A stretch of 29,414 nt of DNA from an uncultured archaeon (GCA_964388035.1 CAYLZE010000040.1:1-29414), one strand, 5' to 3'; shown: positions 16,605 through 26,207, numbered from the stretch's first letter. Notes: generated from the sequence alone by a model not told the origin. A program made the numbers and translations.

Positions 16605-19600
16605 GAGGTATTAAAATGAATAAGAAAAATGGATTAAAGATAAACATGGATAACTTGGTTAAACTCATGAAATTAGACTCAAATAATGACCATTTATGGG
16701 ATATCAATCCCTCATTCAAAGATATTGACTTGAAGGTAATAATCTTGAGGATTTTTTCCTTCATATTCATAATATCATCAATATTTTTATTGGGAAGCTT
16801 GTTGCATTATTCTTACCCACTTTCTTTGATATTAATTCTTTTAACCACGAGTTTTTTTCTATATGCGTTTAATGATGAATTTTTCGCGCTACGTGATGTA
16901 TTTACCCGTCTCTTTTCTAAGCGATACCCAGTGTTCCCTTTTAGGGATTTATTATTTTGGAAAGTCAGCAATCTTGAAGATATTGTATTTTATTCTAATA
17001 AACGCGAGCTCACTCACGTTGCAATCAGCATTTTTGAGACAGAGATCATGCCAGAAAACGTTTCTGCTAACATCATTCAATTCTTAAGAGCGGTTTCTGG
17101 AAAAGCACTAAGATTTCCGTTCACATATCAAGTTGTGCAGCAACCGAGATATTCTGTTGCTAGCTCACCCTCTTCTTTAGAGACCTTAAAAGAAGATCTT
17201 ACTAGTAGCAAATCAACTTCACATACCAGAATACTCTTCTGTATTTATACGTGCATAAAAGGCATTTTATCTGAAGAATCTCAGTCCGATTTGATAGAAA
17301 AATTACAAAGAAGAATAAACGCCTTTCGTACGCTATTTTTAGAACATTACCATCATTATAAACTAAACCTATTGCACAAGAGTCAATTACAAGCTGCAAT
17401 AACCACTTTTTTTCTTCCCCTCGATCCTATTGAAGATAGAAAAAGCGAATCAGAAAAAGAAGACCAATCCTTCTTGTATTGGACAAAAATTAAAGAAATA
17501 GTCCTCAGAGGGGGGTTTTTAACTATTTATTTCATTTTCCTTTTTTATTCATTCACCATATTGGACGTAGAGATATTATTAAGAACTGTGTTTTTATTGG
17601 GATTTCTCGTTCTATTCATTTATGTTTGGTGGCGTGAACCTTTTTTTATGCTATCTCACATAAAGTTGAGGAGGGATAAAAAAATATTACTTTTTAATCC
17701 GTTTAGAGAAGCTAGATTTTATTTATTCAACCAGCATCCCGATATTCTTTTCATGAGATATCGTTCACTTTGTTTTGCGTTCAAAATGTTCAATCTTCGG
17801 AATGCAGTTTATCCTCATTATCCCGTCATTTCCCGTTTTTATAGGGCCATGATGGGGCATCACCTGCATTTCAGCTTCACTATCACGATATCTCCAATGG
17901 ATCCTTATGAATTTCATCGAGAGGGAGAAAAATACTTAATCGAGAAATTAAAGTACCTTCACACTCATCGATTATTGAATAATTACCAAAGAGAAAATTG
18001 GTTGAGTTCACAAGGTGGTATATTTAAAATGATGCTTACTTTTTCCGTACAGTCGCATGCTGAAGAACAATATCTTCTTCCGCACGTCGTGGAAGCTCTT
18101 GCAGAAGATTTAGAAAAAAAGGCAATGATTATTCAAGATGCATTTAATACCGTATCTTCATCTCATAATTTCGAGATCATTCTTTTGGAAAAGTCTAAAC
18201 TTATCTCTGCAATTAGCTCAATATTGCTTAAAAATAAAATATTTCGGACCTTTGGAACGCATCTTAATTATCAAATATTTCAAGGGAAGGATATAGCACC
18301 CCTCATTAGCATTGAAGATGAGCTTAAGAAGGCCATTCCAACTAAAATTGGAGCTGAATTTTTATCTCCTTTAGATCTAAATAATTTTTTAACTTTAGGA
18401 CATTCCGTGGATCTGGAGTATCTTGGAGAGCAAGTACCTGCTGGATTTACCGAATCCCAATTGGATGCTTTATTAGTGATGAATGGTAGAACTGAAGACC
18501 GTCAAAATGTCTTAATGAAAATCGTAATAGAGTTAATGATTCGAGGTAAATATTGCATTATTTTTGATCATTCCGGGTCTTGGTCCAAATTAATTCGCTT
18601 TTTTGAAGGGACGCCCATACAAAATACTATTTCCTACCATGCAATTGGAAAAAACTTTTCTCTTGATTTATTAGATTCGGGAATTTCCAATGATCCTAAT
18701 AATGTTCAATATTTAGAATATTTCTACATTGTATTTTGTCTTGCTTTAAAAAAAAGAGCTTATGAAATATCACTCTTGCGAAGAAGCGTTCAAGCAAGTG
18801 ATGATGGTGAAATCTCCTCGGATGGACTCATTTTATCGGGAGAATTTGGAGAAATAGACACGCCTTGGAATAAAACCCAAAAAAATGCATCTCTTCGGGA
18901 GGCTCTTGAAGAAATTAAAAATACAGGACTTCTTGCTTTTTTGGAAGGTGGAAATGAATCACGATTAAATCTTAATATTAAAAATTTATTAAAAGTCCCT
19001 AAAACTATTATCATTGATCTTTCTCCGCTTAAATTTCTTAAGCATCGCATGTTGACCACTTTCGTGATATTATCGAAAATGATTAAATTTCTTCAACAGG
19101 AGACTTTAGAATCCAAGAAACATTTGGTGCTCCCTACAGTAGACTATTTTTTCGATAAAAACTTCATTGAGCAAGAATTTAAAGACGATTTTGGGATGAT
19201 AGAGATGTTTTTGACACCTTTAATGTCAAGATTTAGCATTTTATGTGAAGTGGAACGCAATAGCAGGCTTCATTCCCATTTTACTTCGCATTTTTCCAAT
19301 TTTGCCATTTTAAAAACCTTGAATTTTAATGATTACCAACAAATTGAAGATTTAATGAATTTTGATAGCACGCATGGGAGAGGAATGTATAGTAAATCTC
19401 GCCATGAGTCTCATCAAATACCTTATTTGAAAGTGCTACCTCCTGAGCAGGCAATTATTAAGCGGGATGATAGCGATTACCCCTTTCCCGTTCAAGTCAA
19501 GATTGATGACTTTCGCGATTTGAGTCCTTTAAATGATAGCGAATTATCTATCATGATGGGATATGATCTAGAACAAAATGAAAGGGAAATTGCTCGATCG

Positions 19601-20428
19601 TTAAGTACATCCCTTTTTGAGAAAGATTTGGGAGTTTATCGAGATTATAAACAAGAAATTATATCATTTCTTCAATCCGTTAAATCTATTGAGGAATTTG
19701 GAAATCTGCACGACCCCCGTCTAAAGGAAATGTTATTGGAAAGTATTAAAAATAAAGCTTCCAGATTTCCTAACATGAATAATAAAAAGATGATCGAGAT
19801 AAGAGATGACCTTTTCCGAATTTTAAAGATTCATGGATATTTGAAAGAATATCATCCCACAACAGCTGCAGGAGCACAAGCTATCCGTCCTTCTTATCGT
19901 GTGGGAAGTCAATTTCAGAGTGCAATGGATGATTACATGAATTCTAAATCTTCGATTGAGCCCCCTTCCTCTTCCATTCTACAAGATCCTTTCGATTTTA
20001 ATGTGAATATTACTGAATTAAATGAACCAAATAAAACACTCGAATACAAAACACTGTTGTTCTCTAATCTGGGTATATTAATTTATAAATTATTCCAAAT
20101 GCATAAAGCATTAGAATCTCAAGATTACATGGGCATGATTACCATTGCAAAAGACACGTATCATTCCATCATAGAAAAAATGAGGGATGCATACATTTCT
20201 AATTTCGGAAATGGCCACGCCAAAGACTTGGATAGCTTTTTTGCTTTTTTCGCCCGCTTTTTAGATATTTCTATGAAAAAGTTAACCACATACAATGAAG
20301 TATTATTAAGACCTATTCATGAAGTAAAAAAGGAAACCTTAGAAAATTTTGCAAGAATAACGTATGAGACTTTGACTGAATTTTATCAAAATATAAATAA
20401 TATATCTCAAAAAGAAAATGTAAAATGA
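16601..20428 (+). CDS. Membrane-anchored HerA/VirB4/FtsK-superfamily ATPase-like protein with degenerate Walker motifs and a duplicated N-terminal module
   Basis: Two TM hairpins. LTLG...VPAGF...LLVMNGRTEDRQN (Walker A position), ELMIRGKYCIIFDHSGSW (IFDxxGEY-like), TIIIDLSPL, HLVLPTVDYFF (Walker B position), CEVERNSRL...SHFSNFAILK (SQRPS.L...SQ.NT-like). The start overlaps the upstream stop (GTGA); an alternative start is ATG 16616 after GAGG. Confidence 0.72.
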   Translation: MRGIKMNKKNGLKINMDNLVKLMKLDSNNDHLWDINPSFKDIDLKVIILRIFSFIFIISSIFLLGSLLHYSYPLSLILILLTTSFFLYAFNDEFFALRDVFTRLFSKRYPVFPFRDLLFWKVSNLEDIVFYSNKRELTHVAISIFETEIMPENVSANIIQFLRAVSGKALRFPFTYQVVQQPRYSVASSPSSLETLKEDLTSSKSTSHTRILFCIYTCIKGILSEESQSDLIEKLQRRINAFRTLFLEHYHHYKLNLLHKSQLQAAITTFFLPLDPIEDRKSESEKEDQSFLYWTKIKEIVLRGGFLTIYFIFLFYSFTILDVEILLRTVFLLGFLVLFIYVWWREPFFMLSHIKLRRDKKILLFNPFREARFYLFNQHPDILFMRYRSLCFAFKMFNLRNAVYPHYPVISRFYRAMMGHHLHFSFTITISPMDPYEFHREGEKYLIEKLKYLHTHRLLNNYQRENWLSSQGGIFKMMLTFSVQSHAEEQYLLPHVVEALAEDLEKKAMIIQDAFNTVSSSHNFEIILLEKSKLISAISSILLKNKIFRTFGTHLNYQIFQGKDIAPLISIEDELKKAIPTKIGAEFLSPLDLNNFLTLGHSVDLEYLGEQVPAGFTESQLDALLVMNGRTEDRQNVLMKIVIELMIRGKYCIIFDHSGSWSKLIRFFEGTPIQNTISYHAIGKNFSLDLLDSGISNDPNNVQYLEYFYIVFCLALKKRAYEISLLRRSVQASDDGEISSDGLILSGEFGEIDTPWNKTQKNASLREALEEIKNTGLLAFLEGGNESRLNLNIKNLLKVPKTIIIDLSPLKFLKHRMLTTFVILSKMIKFLQQETLESKKHLVLPTVDYFFDKNFIEQEFKDDFGMIEMFLTPLMSRFSILCEVERNSRLHSHFTSHFSNFAILKTLNFNDYQQIEDLMNFDSTHGRGMYSKSRHESHQIPYLKVLPPEQAIIKRDDSDYPFPVQVKIDDFRDLSPLNDSELSIMMGYDLEQNEREIARSLSTSLFEKDLGVYRDYKQEIISFLQSVKSIEEFGNLHDPRLKEMLLESIKNKASRFPNMNNKKMIEIRDDLFRILKIHGYLKEYHPTTAAGAQAIRPSYRVGSQFQSAMDDYMNSKSSIEPPSSSILQDPFDFNVNITELNEPNKTLEYKTLLFSNLGILIYKLFQMHKALESQDYMGMITIAKDTYHSIIEKMRDAYISNFGNGHAKDLDSFFAFFARFLDISMKKLTTYNEVLLRPIHEVKKETLENFARITYETLTEFYQNINNISQKENVK

Positions 20429-20826
20429 ATGAAAAAGACAAAATATTGAGGAATAAATTTCAAAATCCTATAGAACGAATCCTTTTTAAAGAGGAACACC
20501 TCAAAGAGCTAAAAAACAAGGTTGTTTCTTTAGAAAAAGGGAATATCACGGCTAATGAGCTTAAAAAATTAATAATAGATCAACGTAAAAACATTTTAAT
20601 GGAGATCTTGGAAATCGTTCCTTTTATCCTTCAACATGAAAATATCCTTACTCAATTAGATACTTTCCTTGGTTCAGAGAGTTCCGCCTCTTCCGAATTG
20701 TTTACTAAAATCCAAAATCAGCAGCAATTATTAGAGTTTTGTGAGGAAAAATTTGAAGTTATTAATACACGTCTAGCTGAGACTCTAAATCGCTTGAAAA
20801 TTCCTCCCGATTTTGAGGAACATTAA
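20425..20826 (+). CDS. Coiled-coil-rich hypothetical protein, translationally coupled to the ATPase-like gene
   Basis: ATGA overlap at 20425-20428. Heptad-like L/I/E/K pattern. Confidence 0.75.
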   Translation: MNEKDKILRNKFQNPIERILFKEEHLKELKNKVVSLEKGNITANELKKLIIDQRKNILMEILEIVPFILQHENILTQLDTFLGSESSASSELFTKIQNQQQLLEFCEEKFEVINTRLAETLNRLKIPPDFEEH

Positions 20827-20974
20827 CCTCATGATGGCAACACTGAAAACATGTTTAAATTCTTTTCACAATTATTGCACATTAATTTTTTTTAGAGAAT
20901 CATTAAGCATTTACTGACATTTATATATGTGAAATTGATCTTATTAATTAGCTATCTAAGGTTTTCTTCGCCTC

Positions 20975-21223
20975 ATGAAGCATTCTAAAAAAAAGACATT
21001 TGTTTGTACTGTATGTTCCTCAACGGATTATGATGAGACCGAAAATCTGTTTATTTGTAAAAGTTGTGGAAATAAATTTTACAAGGACACGTATAAAGAG
21101 TTTCAAGAAAATTCCATTTCAATCAAGGAAGCAAGTGCTATTAGCGAAGGACTGAAAGAAATTGGCGATATTCCTTGGGATGAAATAGAAAAGGATTTGA
21201 AGAAATTAGAGGATGAAGAATGA
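20975..21223 (+). CDS. Small C4 Zn-ribbon protein with acidic DIPW C-terminal helix (paralog of 25477-25704)
   Basis: CTVC...CKSC and EGLKE.GDIPWD. TTTATATA at 20920-20927 upstream. Confidence 0.8.
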   Translation: MKHSKKKTFVCTVCSSTDYDETENLFICKSCGNKFYKDTYKEFQENSISIKEASAISEGLKEIGDIPWDEIEKDLKKLEDEE

Positions 21224-21311
21224 TGCTATTATTCAAGTTCTTAATTTTTAATAATTAGCATGCTTCAACACCCTTACGTAGTAAATTTCTCGAAATAACT
21301 GGATTTAATTA

Positions 21312-23348
21312 TTGAAGAGTTTTAGTTCTTTTTTTATTTATAAATTGAGGATGATATTAGATACCATGAGTAATTCTTCTTTTAAAAGTTTATTTCCTTA
21401 TTCTACGTTTCGAGAAGGACAAGAAGACATAATTCACGAGTTAGAGAGATCCTTTCAGTTGAAAGAGAATGTGATCCTAATTGCCCCGAACGGAACAGGA
21501 AAGACTATTATCGCTTTATGCTCGAGTATAACTAGCGCGCTTAATCAATCTAAGAAGATTATTTATGCTTGTCGCACGCATTCGCAGAGTAATCGGGTAA
21601 TCACCGAATTGAAAAAAATCAATGAATTTTCTCACAAAAAAATACTAGGAATCTCCTTAAGAGGACGTAATGAAATGTGCCTCAATAATTCTTTATTAGA
21701 TCTTAAATTAAATCCAAGAGAAGCCATGCAAGCATGTTCTGAATTGCGAAAACAAGGAAAATGCAGATATTTTAAACAATTAAATTCCGTTAAAAATGAA
21801 ATAGAGAGAGACCACCCTCTACTTTTTGATCAACCTTTGGATGCCCCAGATCTCATTGCTTTTTGTGTAGAACAAGGTTATTGCCCCTACTTTCTCGCAA
21901 AAGAACTCATGAAATACGAAGACGTGAAAGTTATAATTTTAAATTTTCGCTGGATTTTCGACTGTTCCATTCGATTTCAACTACTGAAAGCATTGGACCT
22001 TGACTTAGAAGATTGCATTTTAATCGTGGATGAATGCCATAATATTTTACAAGTTGCCACAGAGGTGAATAAGGCAAAAGTAAATCGACATCTCTTGCTT
22101 TCCAGCATAAACGATATTAGGTTATATCAAATGGAACCTCTCGTCCAAAAATTTCGCACGTTTTTAAAATTAACATTAAATTTGTTGAATAAGCGGTTAT
22201 CTGTACTCCCTCTGGGAGAGACCGCAATTAATGCAAATACATTATTTAATAAGTTATTGGCTCGTTCTAAATTCCAAAATCTGGCAGAATTTAACCAAGC
22301 GTTAGATTTAATCCGCAAAATGAACGTGAGCCAGCGAACAAAAGACGCTGATATAACTCAAAAATTAAAAAAAGACGTACTAGCGCCAGTCATTAATTTT
22401 TTGTATAAATTCATGCAGAAAAGAGAAGAGGAAAGCTACTTTTTTTGTTATAGCGTATTCCATTCTAGAAAACATTTTGGGAAAAAAATTGACTTGGAGC
22501 TTCATTCTTTAGATCCAAGAGAAACAACATATCCTGTTTATAAACGCATCTGTTCAAGCTTGAATTTATCAGGTACAATAAATTCAGACGTGTTTTATAA
22601 ATTGACAGGGATGAATTATCTAAAAGAAAAACCATTCAAGCTACTATCCTTGCCGTCTCCTTTTGGTAAACGAAGTTTTTTAGCTTTAATCACTGAAGGT
22701 GTGGATACAGCAAATGAACATCGGACTGTGGGAATGTGTAAAAAAATTAACGAAAAAATTTACGAAGTAATTAGAAATACCCCAAAAAATATAGGCATTT
22801 TCTGTGCATCGTATGATATCATGCAAAATTTAATGGAGGTAGGATTATTGACTCTTTTAGAAAAATCAAATAAAGAAATATTCATTGAAAAGCAAGGAAA
22901 TACATCCTCTGAAAATGCATATCTATTGAAAAAGTTTAAGCAACATGGAAAGGACCCATTTAATGGTGCCGTCTTGTTGGGAGTTAGCGGGGGGAGAAAT
23001 TCGGAAGGGGAAGATTTCCCCGGCAATTTGATGAATGCCGTCATCATCGTGGGGATTCCATACGAGTATCCCTCTGCTCGAATCAAAAGAAAAATCCATT
23101 ATTATGATAAAATGTTTAATAATAAGGGATGGGCACTTGCTTATTTAGCCCCCGCAATGCAACGAGCAAACCAAGCTTCAGGACGAGTTATTCGCACAAT
23201 AAAAGATAGAGGGGTGATCGTATTCATGGATTCTCGATTTAAAGATGTTCCCAATTGGATAACTTCCTGGATACGACCTAATTTATCACTCGTACAAGAT
23301 ACTCCTGGAGAATTGGCTAAAAAAGTAGCGCTCTTTTTTAATGATTAA
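21312..23348 (+). CDS. XPD/Rad3/DinG-family Fe-S cluster 5'-3' DNA helicase (true start probably ATG 21351 or 21366)
   Basis: FPY..FREGQ, APNGTGKT, RTHSQ, Fe-S cysteines (GRNEMC...AC...KC...CPYF), VDECHN, LSGT, GRNSEGEDF.G, VGIPY, QASGRVIR...DRG...MDSRF. Confidence 0.92.
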   Translation: MKSFSSFFIYKLRMILDTMSNSSFKSLFPYSTFREGQEDIIHELERSFQLKENVILIAPNGTGKTIIALCSSITSALNQSKKIIYACRTHSQSNRVITELKKINEFSHKKILGISLRGRNEMCLNNSLLDLKLNPREAMQACSELRKQGKCRYFKQLNSVKNEIERDHPLLFDQPLDAPDLIAFCVEQGYCPYFLAKELMKYEDVKVIILNFRWIFDCSIRFQLLKALDLDLEDCILIVDECHNILQVATEVNKAKVNRHLLLSSINDIRLYQMEPLVQKFRTFLKLTLNLLNKRLSVLPLGETAINANTLFNKLLARSKFQNLAEFNQALDLIRKMNVSQRTKDADITQKLKKDVLAPVINFLYKFMQKREEESYFFCYSVFHSRKHFGKKIDLELHSLDPRETTYPVYKRICSSLNLSGTINSDVFYKLTGMNYLKEKPFKLLSLPSPFGKRSFLALITEGVDTANEHRTVGMCKKINEKIYEVIRNTPKNIGIFCASYDIMQNLMEVGLLTLLEKSNKEIFIEKQGNTSSENAYLLKKFKQHGKDPFNGAVLLGVSGGRNSEGEDFPGNLMNAVIIVGIPYEYPSARIKRKIHYYDKMFNNKGWALAYLAPAMQRANQASGRVIRTIKDRGVIVFMDSRFKDVPNWITSWIRPNLSLVQDTPGELAKKVALFFND

Positions 23349-23409
23349 TTCTAAAAAAAAGAAAAAGTAAAACAAAGTTTAAAGCACATTAAAAATAAAA
23401 TTTAAGAGA

Positions 23410-24636
23410 TTACATTTTATCAGAAGAAGTTTCTATTTCTTCCATTTGTGTATCTTTTAATGCCAGTCTTTGTCCTGAAATGAAAGCTAATGGAATCAAA
23501 CAAAATAATTGAACAATACCCGCAATCGTGATAATCCATTCCGTACTTATTATCTCAGTTAAATATGTCCCTAATGGAGTAAAGAATAATTTAGCCACGA
23601 TCATAGCTGATGCTATGAGTTGAAAAGCTAATACTCTTTTTTCTGATACACTAATCATCAGTGCAGTATAATAAATTAGCAGAAACGATGCAAAAACTTG
23701 TTGAATGGCGATTAGAATGAAGAACATTAAGATATTTTGCCAAGGAGCAATAACAGTTATTATACAATACATGAATATTGAAATATTAAGTATTTTTTTT
23801 CCATTTAATCGCTTGGTTAACATCGCTGCGATGATCACGAAAATAGTGTTAATCAATATGAAAATAATATAAAATGTTGAAAGAATCCACGCGTTGCCGG
23901 GTCCAAGTCTGTCTATGGCCCAAGGTTCTAAGGGATATTGGTAAAGTTCCTCAGCATTTAATAGGAACACAAAAATGCACATCATGAGAAATTCTTTTCT
24001 CAATAATTTTAAGGGTCTGTAACTTGGGTCTAAATTATTTTTCTCTTCTTCTTGGGGATTTTGGGGCTTGAGCCAAAATAAAATCAAAACTAAGGGAGTT
24101 AAAAATAAAAATGATAAAAGGAAGAAAAAATTCCAAGAAGCAATATTCTGAATATTAGAGATACCGACTAAAAATAATCCATTCGCAATAATAGAACCTA
24201 ATAATCCTCCTAATTGGATCATGAGAGAATTCCGAGTGGTCTGTTGTGCACCCTTACTTCTAGAAACAATCGTTTTATCAATAGCGACATCCATCAGAGC
24301 TGAGAAAATAAAATAGAGCCCTAACATCAGTCCAAAAATCATCAATAATTCTGCAAACATGAGAGAGATAAAAAAGAAGAAGATCATCCCTATACTTCCC
24401 AAGATGGCATAGATTTTTATCATTTTGAATTTTGTCGCACCCCTGTCGAAATAAATCGCTAAAAAGGGCTTGATAAGAAGCATGGAAAAAGATAAAATTT
24501 GCGCAAAGGCTAATTCTTTCCTATCAACATTCAGAATGTTAAAAAAATAGATGGGCAAGTAGACTAAAACTATGACGCTTAGCACTGCTCCTCCAAAATA
24601 AGCATAAAAAACTTGCAAATAATTTTTATTTGACAT
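23410..24636 (-). CDS. Major facilitator superfamily transporter
   Basis: 408 aa with about 12 hydrophobic segments. IKPFLAIYFDR and MDVAID motifs resemble the AmpG/BT1 type of MFS. Confidence 0.82.
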   Translation of the reverse strand: MSNKNYLQVFYAYFGGAVLSVIVLVYLPIYFFNILNVDRKELAFAQILSFSMLLIKPFLAIYFDRGATKFKMIKIYAILGSIGMIFFFFISLMFAELLMIFGLMLGLYFIFSALMDVAIDKTIVSRSKGAQQTTRNSLMIQLGGLLGSIIANGLFLVGISNIQNIASWNFFFLLSFLFLTPLVLILFWLKPQNPQEEEKNNLDPSYRPLKLLRKEFLMMCIFVFLLNAEELYQYPLEPWAIDRLGPGNAWILSTFYIIFILINTIFVIIAAMLTKRLNGKKILNISIFMYCIITVIAPWQNILMFFILIAIQQVFASFLLIYYTALMISVSEKRVLAFQLIASAMIVAKLFFTPLGTYLTEIISTEWIITIAGIVQLFCLIPLAFISGQRLALKDTQMEEIETSSDKM

Positions 24637-25476
24637 GCAATTTCATTCTGAATTTTAATTGATATTTTGTAATTATTTTTTCTATATATAATGGATTGAA
24701 GTTAATTCCAAATAAAGTTCATACTTTATACCGTTAGTAATATTTTAAAAAAAAAGAAATACACTATTTTTCACTATAAATACTTCATCAATTTTCTTTT
24801 TTACTACTTTTTAAGTCTCTTTTTTTCGTGAGATAAAAATGCTATAAAATACCTTGATATGAGCAGGAATAGAATTTAAACTAAAAAATTAAACAATCAA
24901 GCAATTTTAAAAGGATTATAAGTTTTCTTTTTCCCATTTGCGAAGGAAATTCCTATAATCAGATTCATAGATGCCTAATGGATTAATTTTATCTGAATCA
25001 TGAGAGGAATTTTTAATATTTCTTTTAAGCGGCTTGGATCTAAATGAATGTTCCCAATCATAGTAGGATGATATGGATGCCATAATAATTAGATCGTGGT
25101 CCACCCTTATTAAGAGAGAGAGCGTGGTGGTTTTTTAATGATCTTTCAAAAAAAATCGAAAACTAAAGAGGGTATTTTCAATTGTTTTTCTCATCATTTC
25201 ATAAAAAATACATTAAGTCTTGAATAAAAAAAGGACGAACCAGAAAGATATTAATGCTACATGGGAGCAGAAGTAATTAAAAATCATTCATTAGCTGGCT
25301 TAATTACTAACTTTAAATCCTTCTTGTACATTTTATCAAAAAAAGGTGTGCCTTTTTAAGATTAGAATATAATTAGGTTAAGTTGAGACCTTGTAATATG
25401 CAAGTATTTTTATATTTTTAAAATATATTGGTTACTTAAAGACTATAACAAAACCTGATTTTTAAAAAACAATTCC

Positions 25477-25704
25477 ATGACATTCACATGCCCCAATTGT
25501 CATTTTTCTGATTATACTGAAGATAAGGAAAGTTTCAAGTGTAATGTTTGTAAAAAAATTTATAGTAAAGATTTATATAAACACTATGGGGAGAATGTCA
25601 TATCCCAACAAGAAGCAACTGCATTTATTGAAGGATTAAAGGAAACTCTTGGCAATGACATTCCTTGGGATAAAATAATGCAAGAATTGGAGGATTTAGA
25701 GTAA
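25477..25704 (+). CDS. Small C4 Zn-ribbon protein (paralog of 20975-21223)
   Basis: CPNC...CNVC and EGLKETLGNDIPWD. It aligns end to end with the 82-aa protein. Confidence 0.8.
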   Translation: MTFTCPNCHFSDYTEDKESFKCNVCKKIYSKDLYKHYGENVISQQEATAFIEGLKETLGNDIPWDKIMQELEDLE

Positions 25705-25805
25705 TTTAATTCCTTGGACAATAAATTTGAAGGTTCTTTCATCAAGCTTTAAAAAATCAATTATAAAATATGTAAAAAAAGCATTTAATAATTAAAACAA
25801 AATAT

Positions 25806-26207
25806 TCATTCATCTTCTGCTTTTATAAATTCTATATATTGCTCGGCATTAAGCAGATCTTCAATCTCTTCAGAATTCGAAAACTTAATTCTTAAAAACC
25901 ATCCCTTGTCGTAAGGAGACTCATTAACATATTCAGGATTGCTTTGTAATTTTTCATTTACTTCTAGTATTTCTCCCGTAAGAGGTAAATAAAATTCAGA
26001 AATAGCCTTGACCGACTCAATTTCACCCAATACATCTCCTTTATCAAACGTGGAACCTATTGTTGGAAGCTCCACGTAGACTATATCACCCAGCTTGTAT
26101 TGTGCATGATCTGAAATTCCCATCAAAGCTGTTTGTCCATTCACTTTGACCCATTCATGAGTCTTGGTATATTTTAACTCATTTGGATAAGATAATTCTA
26201 CATCCAT
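25806..26207 (-). CDS. gcvH: Glycine cleavage system H protein
   Basis: YTKTHEW, GISDHAQ..LGDIVYVELP, lipoyl-lysine motif IESVKA, PEYVNESPY..GW. Confidence 0.96.
   Translation of the reverse strand: MDVELSYPNELKYTKTHEWVKVNGQTALMGISDHAQYKLGDIVYVELPTIGSTFDKGDVLGEIESVKAISEFYLPLTGEILEVNEKLQSNPEYVNESPYDKGWFLRIKFSNSEEIEDLLNAEQYIEFIKAEDE

Noticed and set aside
13552-20826. Integrated conjugative element or provirus
   Set aside because: No integrase, relaxase, replication protein, capsid, tRNA or att-like direct repeats were seen, and the neighbours are chromosomal-type repair genes. An element extending beyond the left edge cannot be excluded.
24916-25197. 62-aa minus-strand ORF with a possible upstream in-frame extension across a TAA
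   Set aside because: No recognisable family or SD. It may be a gene remnant, but I cannot support that from sequence alone.
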